A stretch of 64,000 nucleotides of DNA from Octopus sinensis (lineage: Eukaryota): assembly GCF_006345805.1 (NCBI RefSeq), contig NC_043000.1, forward strand, positions 14,694,001 to 14,758,000, in the 5' to 3' direction. Positions 27,453-40,679 of this stretch are shown here, piece by piece. The notes beneath the pieces were generated by a model. The model was not told the DNA's origin and searched no databases. It saw only the letters and a program-made list of their open reading frames with translations. Position 1 is the first letter of the stretch, and each line of letters begins with the position of its first letter. A program made the translations under genes and the position numbers.

Positions 27453-28250
27453 ATATGATATAAACTATTTATATAGAATGTAAAGTATGTGTGTGTGTAT
27501 GGAATGTATTTCTGTATATAGAATGTGTATGTGTGTATATATAGCAAAGTTTGTGTGTGTGTAATGCATATATGTTTGTTCATTGTTAGTGTGGAATGAT
27601 AGTTAACAGGTCAATGTGCTATGTGCGGGAGATAAGAGAAGATAGGAATACAACAGTAACTCTAAGTATGAAGAAAAGAACTTGAAGGCATTCTTTAGAT
27701 TCCTGCTAAGGTGACCTCAGGTCTCACCTTCTGTTGATCAGTGGAAAACCCCCACCTCTTTCATTTAGTCTCGCTCTCTTATTGGGATCTGAGCAATGCA
27801 GCTTCATAGCTGTCTGAACAACAGAAATTGGTAAGATTCAGATTTGTGGGACAGCTGTTTAGCTTGTGAAAAAGGTTACAGCTGTTGAGTATTGCTTTGG
27901 TGAATAATTTGAATTAAAAGGTTTGGTTTTGTAAGAGGCAGGAATAGGAATAGAAAGAACTCCGAGTGAGCTAATAGTTTACATTTATACAAAGGTCTTT
28001 TAGTTCTTTCATCACTTGACCAATGTGATGAAATCACAATTTCCTTTTTGAACTTTTTTTTCTTGAATTCACCTTTTCTTACCTCAACCATATATTTCAA
28101 GATATGTAAAATGCAATTTGGTATAGTGTCAGGATAGTGTTCTTGCTTTCTTCCTAGTGTGACAGCTATAAGAGAAGATCTTAGCTAAGAGTAAGTCACT
28201 ATATGTAGAATTTGTCAATCCTGGTTCCATGATCTGTAATCTGGTGACCT

Positions 28251-28465
28251 TTAACCCTTTCATTACCAACCCAGCTCTGGCTCTGAGTACACATTCTTGT
28301 TTCTATAAGTTCTGAATTAAAGTCTTCCACCAAACCTTAGTCACATTTTATGTTCCTAACACTAGCTTAATGATAACCAAGTTATTTTACTAAATTCTTT
28401 GTAATATTTAAAGTAATTGAAAGAAGCACAGCATCTCAACAGAAATACGGTAATGAAAGGTTTAA
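28251..28465 (+). mobile_element. piggyBac-type MITE, family E (TIR CCCTTTCGTTAC, TTAA TSD)
   Basis: Four co-linear copies in the window. Confidence 0.82.
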
Positions 28466-28975
28466 GAAAACTAGGTGTAGATGAATGGCTTGTGAGAGAT
28501 AAGTCATACCGAAATGAGTTCAATGAAAAATTTACTCTGAGAATAGGTGTCCATCAAAGCTCAGTTCTTAGCCCTGGTTTATTATAATTATAACCTATCT
28601 ATCATAGTTAACTAGACCATAACAAAGGAGTTCAAGACTAGCTATATATGGGAACTCCTGCATTCCAATGACCTAGTTTTCATAGCTGAATCTCTTGTAG
28701 GTTTTGAGAAGACATTCCAGATGTGGAAGCCAAGCCTAGAATCAAGAGGCCTCAAAGTAGACCTCACATAAAAGTGAGCAGGAAAGAAGAAAGATCTTCT
28801 ACTGCCATCAAATAAGTGTCCATGCTTGACATGCAGCAAAGCAGTAGATAGAACTTATGTATATCAGTACATGAGGTCTCATGGAACAGACAGAAGAAAC
28901 TCTTCACATGTGGTAAATGCACAGGAGTAATTAACAGTAAAAGTATCTATGAATTACATTCTTTCAAGTAGTTGG
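28466..28975 (+). mobile_element. Decayed non-LTR reverse transcriptase fragment (RTE-like)
   Basis: Frameshifted GVHQSSVLSP and WELLHSNDLVFIAES (degenerate ELLYADDL), then WKPSLESRGLKV. Confidence 0.7.
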
Positions 28976-29553
28976 AGCACCCCCCTCTCTCTCTGCTCAT
29001 GTTTGATAGGGCAGGGGTCATCCCTGGTTAGCATTCCCAGAGGGGTCATTGTTTGTAGAGCTGACTAGATTCACCAGTGCCCTCCCCTCCATTACTGGTG
29101 GTCCTATAGCAGCCCCTCTGCATCCTCCAAAGTGATGTCAAGCCTCTGGATGTCCAGCCGTAGAAGTAACTGTCTTTGTGGTTTTGTGCCTATGTTGCTT
29201 AAAAACAATATTTTTAATCAGTAGCAAACCAAACTTGATACCTTGTAGTATTTAGTCCCTTTATAGTCTGTTAAATCTTGTGGTAATACTGGTCAACTGG
29301 TCAATTTTGCCTTTCATCCTTCTGGGGTGGGCATCTATAAAATGACTGGGGTCAGCTTAAACAACTAAACAACCTCCCCAGTTATGTGATCATATGCTTA
29401 AATTACAAGGCATTACTATTTATCATTGGGAAATTGTAAAATAGACGTAAATCTACTTCTTTGATCTAATTTCTAGCTTTAGGTTATAAACAGTTCACTT
29501 GTACTGTCATAATAGCATTCGGAAGACACCAAAGTTACAATTACACATCTACT

Positions 29554-29761
29554 TTAACCCTTTTGTTACCAGCCCTGTAGTACAAATGTCTTGTTTTCAT
29601 AAGTTTTGAATTAAAATCTTCCACCAAACCTTAGTCACAATTAATGTTCCTAACACTAGCTTAATGATAACTAAGTTATTTTACTAATTTCTTTGTTATA
29701 TTTAAAATAATTGAAAGAAATACAGAGCATCTCAAAATAAATACAGTAACGAAAGGGTTAA
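29554..29761 (+). mobile_element. MITE family E
   Basis: TTAACCCTTTTGTTAC...GTAACGAAAGGGTTAA. Confidence 0.85.
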
Positions 29762-30215
29762 AAACCTTATCTTTTCATAAGAAATGTTTCAGTAGGGAAG
29801 GGTATTCACCTTAAGTTGATAGTGGTTCTGAAGAACTCTGACCCTGCTTGAGTGGCTCCCTATAATTTTTTTAGTTTTTGCAATTTGGAGATATATATAT
29901 ATTTTCATTTAAATTTATGTATTTTGTATATCTTTGTTTCGGTTTTTTTCTTTTAATTTATCTGACATTATTTGTGTCGGGCTAAATGCTTAACAATATT
30001 TTTTGTGATCCTTGTATGAACGTTCTGAGATTGAATCTCACTTGGACTGACCTTCACTTTTCATCATTCTGGGACTGATGAACTAATACAGGTCTTGTAC
30101 TTGGGCTGATTCTGTCAATTGTCCCCATCTCCAAAATGTTATGGCTGTGTGCTAAGATTTGTCAACATTACAATAGCAGAGCTTGTAGTATGCTGATTGA
30201 CAAAAACTCTATATA

Positions 30216-30345
30216 TAAGGTTGTCCCAAAAGTTCGTAGAAAGTCTTGGAAAATAATGGTCTTTATTTTGAGGAATAATTTTTGTTGTTTTTGTTAGTAA
30301 AAATTCAATTTTCGCAAGTGTTTACGAACTTTTGGGACAACCTAA
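30216..30345. mobile_element. Mariner-type MITE (about 130 bp)
   Basis: Perfect 21-bp IR aggttgtcccaaaagttcgta / tacgaacttttgggacaacct, flanked by TA. Confidence 0.8.
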
Positions 30346-31685
30346 TATAAACTGAATCCATGGTTCACTTTCACATCCAAGTTGAAACTTATTTGAACAC
30401 TAATATCCCTGGAAAAGATATGAATATTATGGATTCCTATTTAATCTCTTTAAATCCTCAGATTTAAGATCTTTATAAGAAACCATTCCATCAACATCAT
30501 TTAACATTGACTTTTCTATACTTGCAAGGGTCAGATGGAATTTGTTGGAGCAGATTTTCTATAGCCGAATGCCCTTCCTGTTGCCAACCCATATTTGTTA
30601 TTCAAATAGGGCAATATTTCCCCTTAGATAGACATGTTTTTCATGGAAGACTGGAAACACACAAACTTGCTTGTATGACAGTGAAGCTCATTTACAACCA
30701 TCACATGATGTCCTTTGGTTCAGTCCCACCGTATGGCACTTTGTAGGCTGAACAAAGGCTTGTGAGAAGCCTGTGTGAGTGTGTTTTATCCAGTTGGAAA
30801 TTTATCTCATCCTGGAAAGATTCTTCAGGAACATTCACATCTCTTATTAATTAGGACAAGAAACTCTATGGGCAATTTAGTAGCCATTTGTTTTTCCCAT
30901 TGGTGGGATTTTTTGGATTTTTTTATTTCATAATTTCTATTGAAGGGTGTTTTGTTTTCACTTAGGCAAGCAGAGTTGTGAGCTTTTGAACACACAGCAC
31001 GATGGAACCCTATCAACATTGTGATACTGCCTCTTGAATATCTCCTGTTCTGTTTACCTGTTAGTATTACAGTAGAAGTAAGATGAGAGATTTCTGGGTA
31101 GGGAAGGTTCCTAAATTGGTACGAAATTTGATGAGATGTTCTGTGGTTTAACAACAAAGTGAGTTTGACTGATCTCATGCAGCAATGAATAAATTGATGA
31201 AAGCGATGGGAGGCGGGGGGGGGGGCAATTTTTTTTTATGAAACAGAAAAACAAAAATCCGCAGCAAAAAAGCAAAACAGTGTTGCATGACATTTAATCT
31301 CTGTTTCCTCAAGTTGACCGATTCCTTCTCATATCCTATCTGTGTCATATGTTAACCTTTTCATATCTTTACCAGCTTCCTTTTCACCCAAACACTAATT
31401 GAAACTGGGTTATTGTTGTTGGTATAATTTATTGTCAGTTTCTTGTTTTATTGTTTATATTATTTTTTTTTCACTTAGTAGTTACTGCAATCCCCCCCTC
31501 CTCCCCTAATGTTCTTCTTGGTAAAGTTTACATACTTATTTGGTTTTCTTTGACTTTTTAAAATTTTGATAAGTTATTACTAAGTACTGGAAATGTTCTG
31601 TTCACATACACATGTATACAAAGGTACATATACAAAAATATACTAATGTATGTATATGGCTGTATCTCATAGGTACCCTAAGTTA

Positions 31686-31723
31686 TAATTTTAATAATAA
31701 TTATTACCTTTGAAGGTCTAATG

Positions 31724-31761
<38 letters not shown>

Positions 31762-31803
31762 CATACATTAGACCTTCAAAGGTAATAATTATTATTAAAA
31801 TTA
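31686..31803. repeat. Perfect palindrome with (TA)n centre
   Basis: 45-bp perfect arms taattttaataataattattacctttgaaggtctaatgtatgtat and its reverse complement. Confidence 0.9.
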
Positions 31804-33837
31804 AATATATATATATATATTAGGTTTATGATTTAAACACAAGGCCTGCAATTTTGAGGTATGAGGGACTAGTCAGTACTATTGATCCCAGTACTTGGCT
31901 GGTCCTTTTATTCTCAAAGTGGGCTATACTACACCCTGGAGGGACAAAGGGGCTTGTAATGGGCGATAGATGCATCTTTTAATGATCCTGATTTCCAAAA
32001 CTATTTTCAGTTTTTATTCTGTGTATGAAGCATATGGTTATACATTAGTGGTGGAAAATGTTTTGACATTCCATATTGTTAATGGTGATGAACTTGTCAG
32101 CAGCGGTATTTTTAGGGTGTATTTTTGTTGAATCATAGGAAGCGGGTGTTGAAAGAATGTGTTTAATAGAAAAGTACAATAGTTAAAAAGACGTTTGAAA
32201 AGCACTATGCTAAAAGTTCGGTCAATAACTAAGATCAAGTTGTGATGCATCAAATATTTGCTTATAGTAGGGTGGTGCTGTGATAAGTAGCCACCCACAT
32301 CAAACTAGCAGCCGGAACTAAATTATTCAAGGCTGATATTACATGCGTGCACATTAAAAATGGGGGAGCACTGAATTGCAGCAAGAGGTTGTTGAAAATG
32401 TGTTAGTAAAAGAAGAAAGGGCAATAGTTTGGGAAAAGCTTGAGGACTGCTATGAGTCTGAGCTTGTTTCATGTATGCATAAATGTCTGTATATATGATG
32501 GCATATACTGATGCATGGATATGCAATGTTACAAATGCATGCATGTACAAGGGCACTCATAATTGAATGTATATATAAGGGTATACATAAGGGTATATAT
32601 ATACAATGTTCATTCATACATGTAGACATATTTTACCCGTGTACTCTCATATATACATGTATAAACATGTATTCATAATCCGGTATGTATACACACACAC
32701 ACATGTATGTCTCTAACTGAAAGTTTGTACTCTCTACTATGCTTTCGCTGTTGTTTATATTTGTGGAGGTAATCTTATTCAGTGTCTGCTTTAAAGCAAC
32801 TCTGTTTTGGTCTATTTGAAATCTTTGAAACTCTCAGATCTCCTGACAATCTTTTCTACAAGTTACAATTCTCAATAATAAAATCTAGGACAAATGGTGC
32901 CAGTAGACTGAACTGTGAAGAGAGCAAAGAGAATTTATGTAAGGGTATGGTAGGGCAAGGTGCTATTTTTTTTTTTTTTATTGTACTTACCAGATCCTGG
33001 GTGTATCAATTCATTGGGGTATGTTGTTGTTGTTTAGCTACCAAAACCCAATCTAAAGTAAATTCTTCTAAAACAGTCCCCAAAGGCTTGAATGGTGGTC
33101 CACCAAATTTTGAAGGCAAGTGATGTTTGTTTAACACAGACTGGATTCAGTGACAGGATCCTGTTCTCAGATTCCCTTGAAATCTTTTCCATTCCAGCCC
33201 CACTACCATTTTTTTTTTTTTTTTGTTACTTATCACTGTTCAAATCAAAACAAATGAATAAGGAACACTGTCGTAGATGCGTGAATCACAGTTGAGAATA
33301 TATAATCTCTCAAATTAGCATGTATTTGTTTATTTATTGACTGCCAGTTTGTTGTGAATGAATTTACTGTTTTCATTGTGTGTAAAGTGATGCCTGTCTA
33401 CATAAGTTTTCCTTGCTGTTAGCCTACATTTTATGCAACAACTCTTCTCAGATGACAATATGTCAGGGTCACCACACTCTGTTATAGCCTCTTCCATAAT
33501 GTATTCCTTTAAGGTTACATCTGGTCTAGACCATTTGCTAATTGCATATATCTATTTTGGAATCATGCCTGTATGGAGAGGGAGTAAGATAGCTTCCAAT
33601 CAATGTGAAATAAGTCAAACATTTGGGTTTTGACCAAGTGTGTTGTTTCCCATGACCACTTTGTTAGTCTGTTTTTAATCAGCTGGTGTTGGTTGTGATA
33701 AGGGTGTTGTTATAAACCTGATTGAGATAAGGACGAGTGGCCACATATCCACTTGTATTGAGGATTACTGACCTCATTATATCTTAACAGACCAAATGCC
33801 AGTACTCTCCTACCTTTTGGAAAAGAGCTTCAGATAT

Positions 33838-34077
33838 TCTGTTGTGTCTGGGGAGAGTCATTTTCTTTTTGTGCCTTATTATTTAACACACTCACTGGTA
33901 AAATTTCCACTTATTTCATATTTTTATTCTCCTAAAATATGAAATAAGTGGAAATTTTTACTGGTGAGTGTGTTAAATAAGGCACAAAAAGAAAATGACT
34001 CTCCAGACACAACAGAATATGCTTCAATACACGAACTCATATAAAGAATCTTGCAAACCAAATCCCAAAACGAAATA
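33838..34077. mobile_element. Fold-back hairpin plus tail insertion with 12-bp TSD
   Basis: TSD agcttcagatat at 33826-33837 and 34078-34089; IR spans 33834-34020; 57-nt tail. Confidence 0.8.
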
Positions 34078-34395
34078 AGCTTCAGATATGTTGTCTTTCA
34101 AAATGCACCATCTATTAAATTCTAAGAGGGAGGAAAACAACAACAACAGAGTCGTTGTATGTAGCATGAATATGATTTGGTTTAATAAGTAACCAATTAT
34201 AACTGAAAGTTGTCATGTGAGAATGTCAAATTTTAGAATTTCTCATTGCAGACTGTGATCTGCTATGTCAACAACAATAACAACAACAGCAACAAGATTC
34301 TGTAAAATTTTTCTTTAATTTTCTTTCAATAAATAAACTTTACAGCCTTGCAGTTGTCTGAACTATTTTCCTTCGTAGTGATTCTGAAAGACATG

Positions 34396-34789
34396 TGGGT
34401 ACTAGGTCTGTGGGTAGACCGATCTTACGTTACAAGGATGTTTGCAAAAGGGACATGAAGGCCTGCAACATCAATATTAGCGGTTGGGGGGCAGTTGCCG
34501 GCAACCGTGGATAATGGCGACGTACCGTAAAAGAGGGAATACAAAGGAGTGAGAGAGAGAGAGGAGAAATGGAAAGAAAGGAAGAGATGTCAACAAGAGA
34601 CTATGGCACTACAACCAGCCAGGAACAGTCTTCGCTACATTTGCGGTACCTGCCAGAGGGAGTGTTTGTCCAGGATAGGACTACACAGCCACAGCAGGAA
34701 ATGTATCAGGACATGAAATATAAAAGCCGGACTAGACTACTTTGTGCGCAACTCCATTGTCTTCCGAGACAGAAAGGATGCCAACCAAC
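34396..34789 (+). mobile_element. 5'-truncated RTE-type LINE 3' end with 16-bp TSD
   Basis: Encodes TRSVGRPILRYKDVCKRDMKAC..W and a C-terminal zinc finger CGTCQRECLSRIGLHSHSRKC. TSD gattctgaaagacatg at 34380-34395 and 34790-34805. Confidence 0.88.
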
Positions 34790-35282
34790 GATTCTGAAAG
34801 ACATGCACGCATATATGGAAACTAAACCAACCAAATCAAATGATTGGTCAGCTGTGTTGTGCATTTATTTCTGTTATTCATTCATTCATTCAACATCACC
34901 TGGTGTGTTATTACACTCTTCTCTTTTTTGCATGGTTGACAGATGTACTATTAATTCTTGTTGGAGTGGTTAAAGAAAATGAGAGTGCCCACTTCTAAAA
35001 GCAGTTAGTTCCAACTGTTTATAAATGTCTAAATTTGTTGAAATGCCATTCCATGAAAATATCTGACAGTATTTTGACTGGTCTGATCACCACCACAACT
35101 CTGTATTTCATCTCCCAAATCAGACATACATGAATTAACTAGCTTGATGTCCACTGAAATATTCAACTGACATATTTACTCCAAGCATGGCCTGTAATCC
35201 TCAAAACACACCTCAACTGTTTTCTAAACCCTGCTCCTTGCCTACCATTATGGCTGTTGTAGTTCCCATATAAATCAATGTT

Positions 35283-35690
35283 CATCATCATCGTTGAACG
35301 TCCGCTTTCCATGCTAGCATGGGTTGGATGATTTGACTGAGGACTGGCAAACCAGATGGCTGCGCCAGGCTCCAATTTGATCTGGCAGAGTTTCTACAGC
35401 TGGATGCCCTTCCTAATGCCAACCACTCCGAGAGTGTAGTGGGTGCTTTTAAAGTGCCACCGGCACAAGGGCCAGTCTGGCGGTACTGGCAACAGCCACG
35501 CTCAAAAATGGTGATTTTTATGTGCCACCTGCACAGGAGTCAGTTCAGCAGCACTGGCAATGACCTTGCTCGAATGTTTTGTTCACGTGCCACCGGCACA
35601 AGTGCCAGTGAGGCGACGCTGACGATGATCATGCTCAAATGGTGCTCTTTACGTGCCAGACAGCTTCTCTGGCAGTGATCCCGCTACAAT
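35283..35690 (-). mobile_element. SINE family C with tandem modules
   Basis: Reverse copy. Confidence 0.82.
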
Positions 35691-37547
35691 GTTATATGTA
35701 TATTACAACTTAATGCCTTTCCTAATGCCAACCACTTTACAGAATGTAAACAAAAACAAAAAAAGCCATCCAATACACTCTGAAAGAACAACTAGAAAGA
35801 ACATTGAGCCATGGAAACCATTCCAAAGGAGACATTACAGCTGGATGCAGTTCTGTGGCTCACTGGATCCTGTTGTGAACCATCTAATCAATGTCAACAT
35901 GATGGTAGATGATGATGATGACAGTGGCAATATATTATCTAACATATTGCCATCATTGTTTTTATTTTCATATCAAAGTTATCTCCCTTGCCTTTCTCAA
36001 CCAGAATTTTAGTTGTGAATTCTTTCTCTTCACCAGACATATTTTTAATTAGCCAAATTTTCTTGGTCCACCATATTATTTTATATGTTGGCAACAAATC
36101 TTTTATTAGACTGAAAGGCATGACAAGGTGACAGCTACAGTTAAGTTTCTCGTGACTGACTAACTTTTGAAACTTCAGTCATATACATTCAGTTGAAACG
36201 GCTGCTCAGAAGCCCCAGTACGTAGGAATAAACAGTAACGAGACCTCATTAGCTTCATTGATAGCAAACTGCAGATTTTCTGGAGGAAGATGTGAAACTA
36301 AATCAGCACAGGATGCCACTTTGGAATGCCATTCTGTGGTATGCTGTTCCCACTGATGCTATAAATTCTCTTTTGCTTTTTATTTTTGTCTATTTGTTTT
36401 TATTACTCATTCTCCAAATTGTTTTTCAGTCAAAGCTGAAAAACATCCTGTTTTGAACCCATGGTTATGGTATTCTCTATATCTCTGTCACTCTCCCTTC
36501 ATATAGTAGGCTTGTCATTTTGTTTTTTTTTCATTTTATTTTCTAACTTTGCCTTTTTCTGCTATTCATTTCTGAGCTAACTGTTACCTAATAGTGTATG
36601 TAAAAAAGAAAAAAAAAGAAAAAAGAAAAACTTCTGAAAACTAAAGAGCTTTTAAGGATTGCTGCTTATTTCTGGTTTTATGGTGGTGAGCAGATGAATA
36701 AATATACTCTTGGATAAGATATTAGTCTATTGCATGTAACCTTTCCAAATGTTCTCATTGCTTCTTGGATGCTAAGTAAACTAAAGTACTTCAGATAAGG
36801 GATTTCCTCCAGTAACACAGCTAAAAACACAAATGGTGGGTTTTAAATTCTGAACCCCTAAGTAGGTAGTCTACTATCTTATCTATTTGGCTATCACACT
36901 TTTGATTTCTGCCTTAGTGTATGTGTGACATGAGCTCTCATACAAGAGAAGAAGGAAATTAATTTTTTAATGTTTATGTTTTTGTCAAACATTTAAGCAA
37001 CCAAGCTGAAGTATTTTCTATTGAAGATAGAAACCTGTTTGCAAACTTTGGTTAGAAAATGAAGTTACAGTCCAACACCTGTAGTAATAATAGTTTTTTC
37101 ACATAGGCATGTAGTATAAGGTTTTTAATGGTGGGGAGAACTGAAGTTGTGATAGTCATCATTTTCCTGAATATGTTATGACCTGAAATGAAACAGTAGA
37201 TACTGACTAGCAGTGTTCCATTAACCAAACATATTACATAAGATAATGGTAATATTTATCTGTTGTTTATTTACAGATATCACAAAAGCAAACACTGCCA
37301 TGTTGAAATTATTATTGGCTTCAAAAGTTCTCCTGTTCTTTGCATTGAAATCCAATTTAGAGGTGGTGATGCTGGTGGTGGTGGTGGTTCAAAGAGTCGA
37401 GAATAATGTTATTTTAATATCTTGTTGACTTAGCCCTTCAAGGCTTGTTTCTTGTTCACCAAGAAACTGTTCATTTAATTCTGCTTGAGCTGTATAACTG
37501 TTGGGTATGCACTTTGCTTCCCTCTGTAATATAAAGGCATTCATTAC

Positions 37548-37774
37548 TTAACCCTTTCGTTACCAACCCGGCTGAAACCGGCTCTGACTCTGGGTATAAA
37601 TGTCTTGTTTTCATACATTCTGAATTAAAATCTTCCACCAGAACTTAGTCACAATTTATGTTCCTAACATTAGCTTAATGATAACTAAGATATTTTACTA
37701 ATTTCTTTGTTATATTTAAAGTGATTGAAAGAAACACAAAGCATCTCAAAATAAATACAGTAACGAAAGGTTAA
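37548..37774 (+). mobile_element. MITE family E
   Basis: TTAACCCTTTCGTTAC...GTAACGAAAGGTTAA. Confidence 0.85.
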
Positions 37775-37902
37775 CCCTTTCGTTACTGTATTCAGAAGGA
37801 TTCGGGAGCCCAGAATGTCCTTCTACCATATATCTTATCCATGCTTGTCTCTATATAACTATATAACTGTCTCTGTATATGTATGTGCTACTTTCCATAT
37901 CT

Positions 37903-38412
37903 AGGTGCAGGCATGACTGTGGTTAAGAAGCTTGCTTCCCAAGCATGTGGCACCTTGGGCATGTCTTCTACTAGAGTCTCAGAGCAGAATAAAGCCTTTT
38001 GAGTGAATTTGGTAGCCAAAAACTGAAAGGAGCCTGTCATATATCATCGTCGTTTAACGTCCGTTCTCCATGCTAGCATGGGTTGGACGGTTCGACCGGG
38101 GTTCTGGGAAGCCAGAAGGCTGCACCAGGCTCCAGTCTAATTTGGCAATGTTTCTACAGCTGGATGTAGAAACATATATATATATTTGTGTGTGTCCACA
38201 TGTACCCTTGTCTAGACATCACGTGATGGCTGTAAATCATTATCAGTGTCATGCAAGTAAGTTTATCTTCCATGACAAAACAAGTCTGGCCATGGGAAAA
38301 TATTACCTTGCTTTGAAAACAGCTAAGGGTTGGTGACAGGAAAAGCCTCTAGTTGTAGAAAATCAGCCTCAGCGAATTCTGACTGACCTATGCAAGCATG
38401 GGAAAATGGACA
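37903..38412 (+). mobile_element. Older SINE with A-type head and C-like tail, with a nested family C fragment (38044-38167)
   Basis: Same structure at 7750-8140 (-), 24450-24950 (+) and 62077-62450 (+). Confidence 0.7.
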
Positions 38413-38640
38413 TTAACCCTTTAGTATCTAAACCGGCCATATCCGGCCAAAAGTATTCTACCTGTTTTATGTTCAAACTGGCCAGATCCAGGCTCTCACA
38501 CCTACCCTACAATGTTATTCTACATTAAGTAATTACACCATCAAGATCTTGAAGATATGAGATAATGCATGATTAATTCGAATCAATGGGAATCAATAGG
38601 CATTATGTTTGATAGAATAATCTGAACACTAAAGGGTTAA
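38413..38640 (+). mobile_element. MITE family D inserted in a SINE tail
   Basis: TTAA at both ends splits the SINE tail ggacaTTAAatgatga. Confidence 0.85.
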
Positions 38641-39019
38641 ATGATGAATCTATATAAGAAACACTGTATATCAACAGTATATCTCTATATTTAATGTCTT
38701 ACTATTGTGAGTTTAAATTCAGATAGAATCAAGTTTTGTTACAACCAGGGTCAGGGAAGCAGGAGTAGGTTGCAAAGCAGAATATCATTTTGTCCTATGA
38801 TTTTCTCTCTACTTTCTTCACTGAGGGTTTCAGTAGTTTTTCAGACTTGAATTTTTTATATTGAACACTCTGGCTGGCTGATATGTCGCTTCACTTGATC
38901 TTGCCATGGTTGAATGGATGTGTCATGATTAAATGTTACTTAATTTCTGCTGCTGCTGGAACAATTTCATGGAACCATTTACAAAGATGTGAACAGGTTT
39001 GATGTTCATGCTTTATTCA

Positions 39020-39420
39020 GTGGCAAGCTGGCAGAAACGTTAGCATGCTGGGTGAAATGCTTAGCGGTATTTTGTCTGCCGCTACGTTCTGAGTTCAAAT
39101 TCCACCGAGGTCGACTTTGCCTTTCATCCTTTCGGGTTCGATTAAATAAGTACCAGTTACGCACTGGGGTCGATATAATCGACTTAATCCGTTTGTCTGT
39201 CCTTGCTTGTCCTCTCTGTGTTTAGCCCCTTGTGGGTAGTGAAGAAATAGGTATTTCGTCTGTCTTTACATTCTGAGTTCAAATTCCGCTGAGGTCGACT
39301 TTGCCTTTCATCCTTTCGGGGTCGATAACTTAAGTACCAGTTGTGTACTGGAGTCGATCTAATCGACAGGTCCCATCTCCTAAAATTTCGGGCCTTGTGC
39401 CTAGAATAGAAAAGGATATT
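39020..39420 (+). mobile_element. Dimeric/composite family B SINE (two central domains, two different tails)
   Basis: Full unit to about 39250, then a restart at gtatttcgtctg with the alternative tail ..gggccttgtgcctagaatagaaaagg. Confidence 0.8.
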
Positions 39421-39519
39421 AAAGAAAGTGATGAAAAGGAGAATGAAAATGGGTTACTTACTCCTCAGTTCATGAAAAGTCTTTACCACAAAACAACATT
39501 TCTCTATATTGTGTCGATA

Positions 39520-39710
39520 TTGTTTAGCCCTAAGTCAAACCAGCTCCAGAAGACTTAAGATCAAAGACACTCCATTTCATGACTATCACATCTGTTTCGT
39601 TTTAAAGGACAGTGTATCTAGAACTTGATTATCTAATGTGTCCTTCCTCTTTTCATGATGGAATTTAAGGGAAATTTGAACAGTTACATAGAAGTTCCTT
39701 TGTTGGTTTG
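39520..39710. repeat. Old interspersed repeat family (other copies at about 43100-43320, 43370-43960 reversed, 56150-56340 and 58660-58790)
   Basis: Shared ttagccc..gatcaaag..ttcca..gaccatc..atctaatgtgtcctt..gatttg segments. Confidence 0.55.
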
Positions 39711-40307
39711 TATCTCTCATATTAAGATTTGTATGTGACCACCATCATTAAACTGGCATATATTTTGACCCTTCATTTATTGGAATTATGTCTACCACAT
39801 GTAGTGCTGATTGTGACCTTCCTTATTAATGGAGCTGTTTTGCTTATTTTTTTACCTCAATCTCCTTGCTCAAGATGATGACGATGATGATGCTTATTGC
39901 ATCATGTTGAAAATTTCTGCCTCAAGGTCACCATTTTCTTATATTCCTACATTCCCATGTTAGCTGTTTGAATGTTTCTATTGGTAGAAAGTTAGTCTGT
40001 TTATCTGGTACCACTTGGAAAAAAACAACAGTGACAGTATTGTTTGGTGTTCATGGTAGTGGTAGTGGTGTTGTTTTGGTAATTGTCAGAGAATTTCAGA
40101 TATTTTCAGGATTGGCTTTTTTTTTTTGTTGTTGCTTCTAAACATTGAGTAAAAGAAACTACCTTGTCTCTGTTAATTCCAGGTTTCATAGCCATTCCTT
40201 CTTTTGTCGCCATCACATTTAATTTAAATTCCCTTGATTACATGCCTTTATTATACTGTTCTGACTGTAATCTGTGAAATTGACACCAATTCTGATTCTT
40301 AGTTCTT

Positions 40308-40535
40308 TTAACCCTTTAGCATTTAAACCGGCCATATCCGGCCAAAAGTATTCTGCCTGTTTTATGGTCAGACTGGCCAGATCTGGTCTCTCACACTAAC
40401 CCTACAATATCGTTTTAAAAATTACAGGTACCTCATCAAAATCTCATAGATTCAAGATAATGCATGATTAGTTCAAAACAATTTAGATAAAAAAGGATTA
40501 ATTTTGGCAGAATAATGTGAACACTAAAGGGTTAA
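40308..40535 (+). mobile_element. MITE family D
   Basis: TTAACCCTTTAG...CTAAAGGGTTAA. Confidence 0.88.
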
Positions 40536-40679
40536 TGTTTCATATTATAGAAAATAAATTAAATGTACAGGGAGTAAACCAGGTACTGCTGAATTCATGA
40601 TGTCAGGATTTGTCACTGAACTTCTGGTTAAGAATTGTCTCTTGAGCAGGGCTCCTCAACTCTCCTCAGTTAGACATTG

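Noticed and set aside
34569-34973. 134-aa ORF
   Set aside because: It is an alternative frame of the RTE LINE end running into flanking DNA.
36321-36335. TEAD/Scalloped-like GGAATG sites (attractive for a Hippo target gene)
   Set aside because: A 6-mer is expected many times by chance in 64 kb, and I cannot show enrichment or conservation.
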